Positions 40,746 through 51,599 of a stretch of 64,000 bases of DNA are shown here, piece after piece (the first letter of the stretch is position 1; each line of letters opens with the position of its first letter). The DNA is taken from positions 8,799-72,798 of the forward strand of contig RQSC01000125.1 of the NCBI GenBank assembly GCA_013416795.1, read 5' to 3'. The notes beneath the pieces are model-generated. The model did not search any database. It was not told the origin of the DNA and saw nothing but the letters and a program-made list of their open reading frames with translations. The translations under genes were made by a program, and so were the position numbers. Source of the stretch: Prasinococcaceae sp. CCMP 1430 (lineage: Eukaryota > Plantae > Prasinodermophyta).

Positions 40746-42350
40746 TTACTGGTTGCCAATCGCCTGCAGGAAGGCGGCGGCGTTGTCGGCGTACGTGGGC
40801 ACGCCCGCAGCGATCTTCTCGGCCGCCTGCTTGTCGAGCTGGGCGTCCGAGGCGGCAAGGAGCGGCTCGATGAGGTTGGTGACGAGCGTGGTGCTGCCGG
40901 GGTTCGCGCGGTGTGTCGCGAGGTTCGCCATGGGGCCCTCGTGCGTAGTGAGCGCCTGCACGATCATGCCCAGCCAGGCGAGCATGGCGAGACGTCCGTG
41001 CTTCAGCTCGCGAACCTGCATCAGACGCAGGTACTCGTCGTTGGTGTTGCCGCCTGGCGCAACGCCCACGTTGAGCGGATCGAAGCGCCCGCCGGGGTAC
41101 ATGTCGTTCTGTGTGCAGTCCTCGAAGGCGGACGGCGGCGTCTCGTCGAAGGCGGGCCAGCCCGTGCGATGCACTTCGACGCCCGTCATGAGCAGAATCT
41201 CCACGAACAGCAGCCCCCACGCGGCGTACGGGACAGTGTCGATGTCGTAGCCACCGTAGGTGATGGTGCACGGCGTGGTGATGTCAAAATCGCACGCAGC
41301 ACCGGCCTCGAACCACGGCACGCCCGTCGTGTTCTCGGCGGCGATGGCGCCCGTCACGCCAAGCATCGCCCAGCGTCCGTGCATGAGCTCGCGCGCCGCC
41401 TTCTTGGCCACCTTGGGGTCGCTCGACGTAATCATGTCAATCGCTCCATCGTTGCCCCACTCGGGGTACGCAGAGGGCACGCGCGCGTTCTGTGCCAGCG
41501 CGCGAAGGAACCACCCTCCTTTCACGGGCGTGCCCTGGGCGTCGGCGACGGCGCAAATCTGTCAGGGAGTGCCGACACGGGAGCACGAGGGGCGCGACCA
41601 CTCGTTCCGGGCGCACGCGCGCGCGCGAGGGAGCGAGCGCATCATGCGGCGCGCACGCTGGGGACAGTCGCCACGCGCCCGATCCTCACCTTGTTCCAGT
41701 TGTTCGATGCGAAGGGGAAGAACATCAGCCAGAGCGGGTAGGGCTCCTCGTCCTTCGTGGGGCCGTAGGTGCTCTTCACCCAGTTGTTGCCCGACTTCTT
41801 CGCTTTCTTGACGGACGCCGGAGCCTCCTTCGCCTTGGCGGCCGAACTCTTGGTGCCATCCGCCTTGGCCTCCGTCTTCTCCCCTTCAACAGTGGTGGAC
41901 GCAACGGTGACGTTGGCGTCATCGCCACCCGCGCCCTGGCACCGCACGCAGTCACCGCCGCAGCGGCCCTTCTTCATCTTGGGCGCCGCGGTGGTTCCCG
42001 AGGTGGGCGCTGGGGGCGAGAATTCGTCGACGCGCGCCTCCGACGTGTGGATTTTGCTCTGCACGGCGTGAGCGCGCGGACGGCGCGAGTGCCGACGGGC
42101 GAGGCACGTGCCAGCGGCGTCAGCGGCGGCGAGCAGTACGAGCGGGCGCGGCAATCGAGGCCGCTCAGAGGCCGCGGCGGCGCGCGCGCCCTGCCGCGCG
42201 TGGACGCACCCGCAGCACCCACTTCCTGCGCGTCCAGGTGCGCCTCTGCGCCGGCTTGCTGGACGGGCGGGCGGCGCCGGGCGCGGCCACGCTTGGCGCT
42301 GCTCGCCGCTGACCCCTGCCTGCGGACCGTACGCACGCCGAACGGCGCCG
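40746..42350 (-). CDS. Chlorophyll a/b-binding (LHC) protein with long atypical N-terminal extension; exons 41558-40746 and 42058-41689, 5' exons uncertain
   Basis: ARELMHGRWAMLG (helix 1), PWFEAG, VEILLMTGVEVHR (helix 2), YPGGRFDPL, RELKHGRLAMLAWLG (helix 3), GPMANLATH. Intron 41559-41688 keeps the frame. Confidence 0.88.
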
Positions 42351-42904
42351 CGGACGACAACTTCGGCTACAGCGCGGCCGCCACGGGCGCCATCGCTGCG
42401 GTGGGCGCAGGGGCGGCGAGCGCAGCGCACGAGCGCATCCTGCGCGTCTGTCGGGGGGCCGGGGCGTGCGGTGCACGCGCTCTGGTGCCCGCACCGCCTG
42501 CGGCCGCCCTCGCCGTGGGTGGGCCGGCTGGTGCAGGATGGAAGTAGTGCGCAAATTTGAAGTGCGAACGCGCCACACACACGCCACACGCCAAGCACAT
42601 CCGCCTGCGCGAGTCACGAAAAGGCCCCCCGGCGAATCGCGCGCGCATGGTCGCACGCGCAGCCTGAGCAGAGAGGAGCGCGCGCTCCGGCGTCGAATCT
42701 GGGATTGCCCCTGCTCCCAGTGCGCGCGCCGGCCACACGCACGCCGCGCATATCTGCGGGTGCGCCGGCCGCGGCGCACCCGGCAGCCGAACGCATGGCG
42801 AGCGCGCCGCCGAGTGACGTGCCCGTTCGCCGGCCGGCGCGTGGCGAGCACGCGCGCCCGATGGCGCGCGCGCGCACCATCGGGCGCGGCGGCGGTTATC
42901 GTTA

Positions 42905-43150
42905 TGAATCTCCCATCATTTCGGATGCAACCGTTTACGGCACACGACACACATGCGATGACGCACCCACGGGATACTACTGTACATGAATCTCCCATCA
43001 TTTCGGATGCAACCGTTTACGGCACACGAAGTACATGCGATGACGCACCCACGGGATACTCTTGTACGTGAATCTCCCATCATTTCGGATGCAACCGTTT
43101 ACGGCACACGAAGTGCATGCGATGAAGCACCCACGGGATACTACTGTGCA
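42905..43150. repeat. Three tandem copies of an 82-bp unit
   Basis: Units start at 42905, 42987 and 43069. The first 43 bp (TGAATCTCCCATCATTTCGGATGCAACCGTTTACGGCACACGA) are identical in all three. Confidence 0.95.
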
Positions 43151-44039
43151 ATCTCAACATCACAGATCAGTATTCAGCAGGGCGATTGCGCGGAGTCGCT
43201 CGACTCGCGCGAATCTCAGCTCATGCGCGGTGTCCGAAAAGGGATTTGGCGCTGGCCTCAGGCATGCGCAGACATGGCCAGTTTACGTACTCATGGCTGC
43301 GAAAAAGGAGCGAAATTTCTCTTGCGCGAGTTGGGGGCGACGGCGGGCGACGCGGGGCCTCCCGCGGGCCGAAAAAACGCCCGGAATTTCGCGCGCGCGC
43401 CCTCCGCGATACTCGTCGCGGGCGGTGGCCCGCACATGCAAACTTTTCGTCGCCGTTTCCATGGGTAATTCAAGAAATGTTTTTGTTAGGGGCTCGGGAC
43501 AGGGATTTAGATTTAAAATCCCCGGTTCGGGAAGGCTCCGAACCGGGCTGTAAGGTAAAACCTCCTTTAGGCACACGTGACTACTTGCTGATCCACCGGT
43601 CTCTTCCGACCGCCCGACCGACCGACCTGCGGGGACCCCGCGGGTCTACACCGCAACAGCCTCCTCCCAGGCGGGGAACCTTCCCCCCCTCCAACCCCAT
43701 CAAATCGAGTGCGCGCGTCGCCTGTGCCTCGAAAAAATACGCAAATTATCTGGGATATCCGCGCGAAGTGGCACCGGAAGGCGACGTTAGACCGGGTGTC
43801 TTCGCCGGATGAATTCGAATACATCGGGTTTAGTTAGGAGAAGAGGGGGGAAATGGAAGCGCGCGCGCGCGCGCGCGCGCCTCAGAGCGCGCACGCAGCG
43901 GCGCGCGCGCGGCGGCGCCGCGCTCGCGCTCGGACCTCCCAGGCTCATCCACGCACGCACGCACGCACGCACACACACCACAGCGACCACACACACCTCC
44001 CCCCCCATTCCCTCGCGGGACCCCTGGGGGTCGGCCGCG

Positions 44040-45371
44040 ATGTCGTCGTTTCAGCCGCCGCCGGGATGGGGAGCGCCTCCGCAGCAGCCGCAGCAGGGGC
44101 AGCAGCAGCAGCAGCCGGCGCACTGGCAGCAGCAACAGGCGCAGCCGCAGCAGGGGCAACAGCTGCAGCAGCGCTACCAGGCTCAGCCGCAGCAGCGCTA
44201 CCAGGCTCAGCCGCAGCACGCGCAGCATCAGCAGCAGCAGCAGCCAGGCTACGGCGCGGGGGGATACGGGTCGTCGGCTGCGCCGGCGGTACCTTCGGGG
44301 GCGATGGATCCGACGGCGGGCGTCTCGGGCGGTGCGTGCGCCAGGCCCCCGCACGCGCGACGAGGAGAGCGCTCTCGCGCCACTGCCGCCTGCCGCTGCG
44401 CGCTGGCCCGCGGACCTAACCGAGCGCGCGCGCGCGCGCCCGCCCCGCCTCCCATGCCCGCGCCCGGCCGCTCTCGTGCTGACGTGCGCGTCCCCGCAGA
44501 AGACCTCGGCGCGGCCGCGACCGCGATGGGCGCCAACCCCGTCGCTGCCGGCCTGCTCGGCTCGTACGGCGAGCGGCTCATGGGCTCCGTGAAGACCAAC
44601 GTGAGCAGCAACTGGCTGGTGCGCTACGTGGCGGGCGTCGAGTTCACCGAGTACTTCGCCGTCGACGCCGCCTACTTGCGACGCAAGCTGAAAATGGTGC
44701 TGCTGCCCTTCGCGCATCGCGGCAGCTGGTCGCGCCTGTGCGACGGCGTGGCCGGCGGGCTGCGCTTCAAGTCGCCGCGCGAGGACGTCAACGCGCCCGA
44801 CTTGTACCTGCCGCTGATGGCGATGTGCGCGCACTGCGTGCTGCGCGCGGCGGCGCTCGGAGTAGAGGGGGAGATGGCACACGCGGCGGCGGCCGCCGCA
44901 CACGCAGCGCATGCAGCGACGCACGGCGAGCTCGCCGTCGATGGGGACCTCGCGACCGCGCACTTTTACGCAGACGTCAAGCGCTTCAACCCGAGCGTCA
45001 TGTCCGACGGCTTCAACAAGGCCATGTTCTGGTGGGTGGCGCAGGCCTTCGCGCTCAAGGCGACGGTGTACGTGCTCGGATCGCAGCAGCTTCCCCTCAA
45101 GGTGGCGTTCATGGACCTGATGGCCTACACGGGCTACATCTTCGTGGGCATCGCGCTGTCGGGGCTGCTGCGGCCAATGGGCGCGCTCGTGTACCGCGGA
45201 GTGCTGCTCTACTCTGCGGTGATGTGCGCGCTGTTCCTCCTTCGCACCCTCAAGCGGGCGGCGCTGTGGGGTGGTGCACACCAGGGCGCGGTGGACGCTG
45301 CCAAGGTCAACTACGTGCTGCTGTGCGCGGCCGCCGCACAGGTCGCCATGGTGTGGCTGATGAGCTACTAG
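44040..45371 (+). CDS. YIF1: YIF1/Hrf1-family ER-Golgi membrane protein with Gln-rich N-terminus; intron 44332-44499
   Basis: YFAVDAAYLRRKLKMVLLPF, PREDVNAPDLYLPLMA, DLMAYTGYIFVG, several hydrophobic helices; canonical intron with GCTGAC branch site. Confidence 0.92.
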   Translation: MSSFQPPPGWGAPPQQPQQGQQQQQPAHWQQQQAQPQQGQQLQQRYQAQPQQRYQAQPQHAQHQQQQQPGYGAGGYGSSAAPAVPSGAMDPTAGVSGGACARPPHARRGERSRATAACRCALARGPNRARARAPAPPPMPAPGRSRADVRVPAEDLGAAATAMGANPVAAGLLGSYGERLMGSVKTNVSSNWLVRYVAGVEFTEYFAVDAAYLRRKLKMVLLPFAHRGSWSRLCDGVAGGLRFKSPREDVNAPDLYLPLMAMCAHCVLRAAALGVEGEMAHAAAAAAHAAHAATHGELAVDGDLATAHFYADVKRFNPSVMSDGFNKAMFWWVAQAFALKATVYVLGSQQLPLKVAFMDLMAYTGYIFVGIALSGLLRPMGALVYRGVLLYSAVMCALFLLRTLKRAALWGGAHQGAVDAAKVNYVLLCAAAAQVAMVWLMSY

Positions 45372-45485
45372 GTCGCGCGCGCAACGCCGCGTCGGCGGCC
45401 TGCGCATGTACCGTGAACGCAACCTTTGCAAGTGTAGCCCGCACCTGCGCCACCCCACGCACGCACGCTGCCTCGCGCTGCCCCT

Positions 45486-45525
<40 letters not shown>

Positions 45526-45650
45526 TTCCGGTCCGCGTGTGCCCGCCTCGAGCGCGCCCGCCGGGCGCAGGGCCAACAAAAAGAGAGAATATACATGTAG
45601 CGTACACGAACTCCTGGGGCGCGCGCGCGTGCGCACCGCCAGGCGACCCT

Positions 45651-46494
45651 TCAGCGGTTCTTGTGCTTGTTCTGCGTGTGCTCCTCTCGCGCCTTCTTGA
45701 TCTCGCGGTCGACGCGGAGCAGCTCCGTTGCGCGCGCGTACTTGCGCGGGTGGCGGCGCACGAGTGCCAGCAGGTCATTCACGTGCACCTTGCCCTCCTC
45801 GGCGCCGATCTCTGCCGCCTTCTGCGTCATCTCGAGGATGTACTCGATGCAAATCTCCTCCACCACGTCGACGGTCTCTTTGAGCGGATCGGCGTCGTCG
45901 CCATAGCCGTACATGATGCGCCGCACTGCGTGGGCAGGTGGGGTAGGGCGGGGAACGTGGCGCACGGTCAGTAGTGGGGGGCGGTTATGGCGCTTCGGAA
46001 GGAGCGCGCGGGGCGCCAGCGCGAGGAGGGCGCCCGGCGGTGCGTGTGGCGACTCGAAGCTGAGTTGGGGTGGCGCACGGGGAGAGCCATGATCACCGCA
46101 AGCTCGAGCTCCCGCGCTTTCATGTGCGCGCTCGCGCGGGCGGGCGGCGGCGCGCACAGGAGCTTCGGCCGCGCTGGGCGCAGCGCCACCACTCACAGTC
46201 CTCAGTGAATATCCCTCGCTTCTTCTTCAGCGCGAACTCCTCCCATCGCTTCTTCTCCGCCTCGGGATCGAGCGGCGCGTCCGCGGCTGCTGCGGCGCCG
46301 CCCGCCGCACCGCCCGCCGAGCGCTTGCCGGGGGAGGCGGCCACACGCTGCGCGCGCGGCGCACGCCGCGCCCCACCTGCGCGCGGCGCCCGCTGCGAGC
46401 CGCGGCCTGCCGAGTGATCCCTCGCTCCGACTCCTCCTCCTCCCCCCTCTGGCCGCTTCCCCGCCCGCACCTCCCCCCCCCCACCGCGCATCAT
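45651..46494 (-). CDS. TAF13: Transcription initiation factor TFIID subunit 13; intron 45926-46196
   Basis: Spliced KKKRGIFTED|LRRIMYGYGDDADPLKETVDVVEEICIEYI...DLLALVRRHPRKYARATELL. The only in-frame upstream ATGs seen are at 46491 and 46494. Confidence 0.88.
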
Positions 46495-47877
46495 GGAGAT
46501 GCACCACAAGCTCCGCCGCGACAAGAGCTGGTCCATCCACGGCTGCAACACGTGCGGCCAGGAGGGCCACCAGGCGGCGAACTGCCCGAACGGCTCCAAC
46601 GACTTCAAGGCTCTCGGCTTCGACTACCACGTCTACGAGAGCATCAAGGTGAGCGCCGCGAGCGCGCAGGGCCGGCGCTCGTGCGCTCGCTTCCTCGCTC
46701 GCGCACGCGCTCGCGCCCCGCGCGCGACCTGCTCACCAGCTGCGTGCGTGGCTGGCCTGCGCCCGAGCGACGACGGCTCGCCGCTGACACGCGCACATGC
46801 GTGGACTGCGCCAACGCGCTCGCGATTGTCCTGCGGCCATCGCGTCCCCGCTCTCGGGCGCGCTCTCGCATGGCTCGACGCTCGGTTGTCTCTCCCTCCT
46901 TTGCCTCTTGCGCTCGCGCCTGCGCAGCCAAAGCTGAAGGTCGACTTCGAGACGCTCGAGGCGCGAGCCAGGGCGTATGCGGCGGCGATGGGCAAGACAG
47001 ACGACCCAGCCGTCGCGGCGCAGGCGGCCGCGGACGTGTTGCCCGCGGCGCTGGACGAGTCCAAGGGCGGGGGCTGGAAGTCGGACGTCGACTTCGCAAC
47101 GGGGCGGCGCTACTGGTACAACGAGCTCACGTGCGAGAGCCGCTGGCACCCACCGCAGCTCCAGCCGACGCAACCACAGCTGCTGCCCGTGCCAGGCGCT
47201 GCGCAGGTGCAGGCCGAGGCGGGCGCGGCCACCGCGGCCGCGGCGGCGCTCCCGCCGCCCGCGATGCCGCCCCCCGCGNNNNNNNNNNNNNNNNNNNNNN
47301 NNNNNNNNNNNNNNNNNNNNNNNNNNNNNNNNNNNNNNNNNNNNNNNNNNNNNNNNNNNNNNNNNNNNNNNNNNNNNNNNNNNNNNNNNNNNNNNNNNNN
47401 NNNNNNNNNNNNNNNNNNNNNNNNNNNNNNNNNNNNNNNNNNNNNNNNNNNNNNNNNNNNNNNNNNNNNNNNNNNNNNNNNNNNNNNNNNNNNNNNNNNN
47501 NNNNNNNNNNNNNNNNNNNNNNNNNNNNNNNNNNNNNNNNNNNNNNNNNNNNNNNNNNNNNNNNNNNNNNNNNNNNNNNNNNNNNNNNNNNNNNNNNNNN
47601 NNNNNNNNNNNNNNNNNNNNNNNNNNNNNNNNNNNNNNNNNNNNNNNNNNNNNNNNNNNNNNNNNNNNNNNNNNNNNNNNNNNNNNNNNNNNNNNGGCGC
47701 GCTGCGCGCGCGGCGGCCGCCGCACAGCGCTCCGCAGAGGCGGCGTCTGCCGCGCGCGCGGCGCTCGCAGCGGCTGATGCTGAGCGCGACGAGCTGCGCG
47801 CTTGGCTCGGCGACGCCGCGTGCGGGACGCTCGGAGAGGTGCGCGCCGCTTGCGCTCGTCAGCGCCTGGCGCGCTGA
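46493..47877 (+). CDS. CCHC zinc-knuckle + WW-domain protein; intron 46649-46927; spans a gap
   Basis: CNTCGQEGHQAANC (CX2CX4HX4C) and GWKSDVDFATGRRYWYNELTCESRWHPP (WW). The post-gap segment ending at 47877 is assigned tentatively. Confidence 0.8.
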
Positions 47878-48057
47878 TGCGCAGGCGCCGCGCGACAGGC
47901 GCTGAATCGCTCGCCAGGGGCCTCGCCGGAGCGCTGACGGCGTCCTTGCGACAACCCGCTCACCCACCTCGCTCCACGACAGGGTCCCGCGGCTGCCGAC
48001 GCCGACGGGCATGCCCATGCCCACGCGTACGCGCATGTTGCGCACGCGGGCGTCCCC

Positions 48058-49652
48058 ATGCCCGACGGCGCGAACGTGCTCAAGATGATATGGCAGGATG
48101 CACTCGGCGCGCACCGCTGCGCCGCCCTGCCTGTCGCGCAGCTGACCGGCCTGGGCGTGGCAGACAGCCCTGGTGCACTGGTCGGCACGAGTGGTGCTGC
48201 CGCGGAGAGCATCGACGACGGCGTCGCTGACGGCGCGTCTACAAGCGCGCGTGCCGAGTGCGCCCTGCGTGCCTTGCCGGTCCCGTCGCCATCGCCGATG
48301 CTCTGTCCGTGGGACCCTCGCGCTGCGCTGTGCTTTGCTCGCCTCGCGCGTGACGAGCCGAAGCTGCCGCATAGTGCGCTGTGTGCGCGCGCGGCACTGC
48401 GGCGCGTCGCCGAGGCACTCAGTGCCGAGCAGGTGCGTTTGTACAAACGCGCGTGGATCGGGCGCGCGCTCGCGCGACTGGTGCGTGCTCGCTTGGCGGG
48501 GGAAAACGCTGACACGGATGGGCTGGCGCGCTCGCCTCGCAGGGCATACGGGTTCGAGTCGCCTTCGAGGCGGACTGCGCCTTCGACTCAACTCAACCAT
48601 CGGCGGCGCACACGCGCACCCATACGCGCGCCTCTGCGCATCTTTACTCCGCCGACAAGCTCTCGGACGCGTGGAACAAGGTACACCGCGCACAAGAGTG
48701 GATGCGCGAAGCGGGCTCGCCGCTCGCGAGCGTGAGTGCTTGTGGCGACGGTCGCGTGCGCCTCAGCGGCCTCGCCCTGCCGCCAATGGCCGCCGCCGAT
48801 GCGTTTATGCTCTGCCGAGAGGCAATGGATGCGTCGTGTGCAGGCACACGGGCGGATGGGGCTCACGTCGGTGAGCGGGCATCGTTCGCAGGCTCCGAGC
48901 TGCGCATGCGCGTGACGCTGTGGGACGCTGGCCCCGCCGCAGAAGCCGGCGAGGGGCGCGCGACCGCGAGTGTGCTCGATCGCGCCCCGCGCAGTTCTGG
49001 CGACTCGATGCAGATTCGTGTGTCGCGCGCGCAAGGGACGGCCGGGTTTCCCGTGGCCGACGCCAAAACTGAGGGCACCGAGCCCAATGTCGAGGTCGAG
49101 CTATCGCGCACCGGCGAGAGCTTCGTTGCAGGCGTGCTCGACGCTTTGCCCACCCTCGCGGGCTTTGCCGGCCCGAGTACAACGCACGCCGCGTGGGGAG
49201 TGCGCACGGCGGGGGTCCCAGTTCGTGTTCTGCCGGCGGCCGCACGCGCTGACGGCGCTGACGCGGCCGGGGCGAACGGGCACGGGCCGCTCGCTGCTGC
49301 AGCTGCAGCCGCCGTGGAGGTTCGCATCGGCGAGAGCACTTGCAACGTGCACGCGGCACTTGCTGCCGTCCTTGCTGCCGGTGCACACGGCGTGCGCACG
49401 CAGGCCCAGCTTCCCGCGCCGTTCGTGCGCAGGCCCGCTCGCGCGAGCATTGAGCAGCGCGCGGCTGCCAGTGCGTGCGAGCTGCCGGCGAGCGCAAAGG
49501 CGTGCGCCGAGGCGCTGCGTCAGAAACTGAGGTGCGGGCGCTCGCGAGAGTGCTTTGCTCACCGCGTGCTTGGCGTTCGCGTGAGAGCGCGCGCCCGCGA
49601 CGCAATTTGCGCGTGCAAGCTCGATCGTTCCGGCTGCGCAAAGATGCGCTGA
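48058..49652 (+). CDS. Degenerate glutamine synthetase-like protein (GSI/NodGS/FluG-type catalytic domain); intron from 48433
   Basis: LKMIWQDALGAHRCAALP (~RLLWVDASGQHRCRVVP), LCPW, CARAALRRV (~CPR..LRRV), DALPTLAGFAGP, WGVRT..VPVRV (~WG.ENR..PLR), EVRIGESTCNVHAALAAVLAAGAHGV (~E.R..D...NPYL.LAA..AAG..G), LPAS...AEAL. Confidence 0.65.
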
Positions 49653-50083
49653 CATCGACGCTGTCGCCGTCGATCGCGCGCGCTCGAGCGCGCACGCCTG
49701 CATAGCTCGAGCGCGGAGGGCACTGCGGGGGCTGCCGTGTGCCGCGCTCTCGGCGCGGCGTATGTGGATATGCTAGCGACGTGCTGGGAGGATCGTGCCA
49801 CGCGCAAGAAGGAAGGCCAAGCTTAAATGCACGCGCGCGCGCATGTGAGGACACGCGCGTGCTGGCATCGGTGCGTTGGGTGTCGTTTTGACTACTGTAC
49901 TGTATGTCTAATTGCGTCAGGTCGTGCTCGAACCTGCCCTCGCGTTGCCAGCGGTCGCGGACGCGCGCGCGTCTGATGCACGCGTGGCCGCTCGCAGGGC
50001 TGGCCGCTCTAGCGCACGGGCGCACCAGTGGCGTCCTCTCTGACGCGCAGACGCGCCTGTCAACGTCTGTCTGCCGCATATAC

Positions 50084-50617
50084 CTACGCCGCATGGGGCA
50101 CGGTTCTGAAGTTCCTCTGCTCGTTGGGGAGCTGCATGAACTCGAGGGCCTTTGAGGCACGTCGCTCAACCTTGCGCGCGCGCTCGGCTTCCTGCCCCAG
50201 CGTGCGCGAGTCCGCCACGGTCGCCTTCTCCGAGATGGAGCCCGCGCGCTCGCTGCGGCTCTGCTTGGGCTCAGGGGATGAAAAAACCTTCGAGAAGGAC
50301 GTGCGCCTCAGCGCCTCCTGCGCCGTCGGCTCGTGGTAGCCCGGGCCCGGCTTGGGTGGGTTGCGGGCCGCCTCCTGGCGCGCGGCCTCGTTGGCCGCAC
50401 GCTCGGCGTCCACCCTCATCTTGTATGCGGCAGTCTTCTCGATGGTGTCGATCGCCGAGCGCTGCCTCTGCAGCTCCGCGGCGCGCGCGCTGTCCTTGGT
50501 GGCCTCTGAGATTGTGCCATTCCGGCCGTCGTCGCGGCCCTCCTTGGCGGGTGCGCCGCCGAAGAGGCGCACGAACGCGTCGTGGCTGCGCGGCGCCGCG
50601 CGGCGCGGCGCGGCCAA
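50084..50617 (-). CDS. Hypothetical charged protein; start uncertain
   Basis: Coding-like ORF with normal amino-acid diversity (SAIDTIEKTAAYKMRVDAERAANE...FMQLPNEQRNFRTVPHAA*). Confidence 0.45.
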   Translation of the reverse strand: MAAPRRAAPRSHDAFVRLFGGAPAKEGRDDGRNGTISEATKDSARAAELQRQRSAIDTIEKTAAYKMRVDAERAANEAARQEAARNPPKPGPGYHEPTAQEALRRTSFSKVFSSPEPKQSRSERAGSISEKATVADSRTLGQEAERARKVERRASKALEFMQLPNEQRNFRTVPHAA

Positions 50618-51599
50618 GTCAGTGGGGGCTCAGCAGCCCGCGCCGCGCGCGCCCCGAGGCATTCCCCGCGCCTCGCGCCTGGCCTCTCTTCGCCCCGCGC
50701 CTCGCGCCTCGCCGCGCCCCTCGCGCGCCCGCCGCACCTGCCCATTGGAATCGGTCGGAGAGGGGGACGAGCGAACGTGATCTCGGCGCCGCGCCGCGGT
50801 GCTGCGCGCAGGAGTGGCGCCGCCCGCGCCGCCGCCGCAATCCCTCGCGCCGCTCTCCCAGCCGCGCGCGCGCGCGTGCGCGCGCGCGCGCGCGCGCGCG
50901 TTCCCCGACTTGCGCGCGCGCGACGAAATCCCGCGCGGCGAAACGGACGACGCACACAACAGGCAGCAATCAATTGGAGGGGAGTGAGGTGGCCTCGGTC
51001 GGAAGCGGCTCCCGGCCGAGCTCCGCAGGCACGTGCGTAGGCAGTGGGTGGGTGGGTGCGGGGACGGCGGGAGTCGCACGCCGCGTTGGGCTGACGTGGC
51101 GGGGGGCGCACGCGGACGTGGCAGGGGCGGTCCGCGTAAGCCGCGTGCCGATGCATAGCTACGTACACCTGTCTGTGTAGCTGGCGTACAACATTTATGT
51201 CTCGTCGCGCGCCCGGCCCCGTCCGTGATTGGCGTAGGCCTCCCGCCACGAGCGAGTCACCCGGCCGGTACCACTCCCCCGTGCCCGTCGCCCGCCCGAC
51301 CGAGCTCACACTCAGCGGAGGATGCTGGCTGGCTGGCGGGAGCGCGCTCCGCCCCGGCTGGGCCGTGGATGCGGGCTGGTTCCCCCGTGCGGCTCATCAA
51401 TCAATCCGAAGGTATGACAGAGTTCTTATTATCAAACGACGAAGGGGCGCGGGGGCGCGCGTCCCTTGGGGCCGCGGCGCCTCCCTGCGCGGGCCGCGGC
51501 TCCGAGTCGCTCGCGGGCCTGCGCAGGCGAACGCGCGCGTGCTGGGCGAGCCTGTCCCGCGACAGACGGATGAACGCCGGGCTCCCGCCTTCCATGCCG

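Noticed and set aside
42905-43150. CRISPR-like array (43-bp invariant segment, 39-bp variable segment)
   Set aside because: The would-be spacers are near-identical to each other, so this is a tandem repeat. The context is eukaryotic and no cas genes are present.
43502-43560. Helitron 3' end
   Set aside because: A hairpin is present but there is no CTRR terminus at the expected distance and no Rep/helicase gene.
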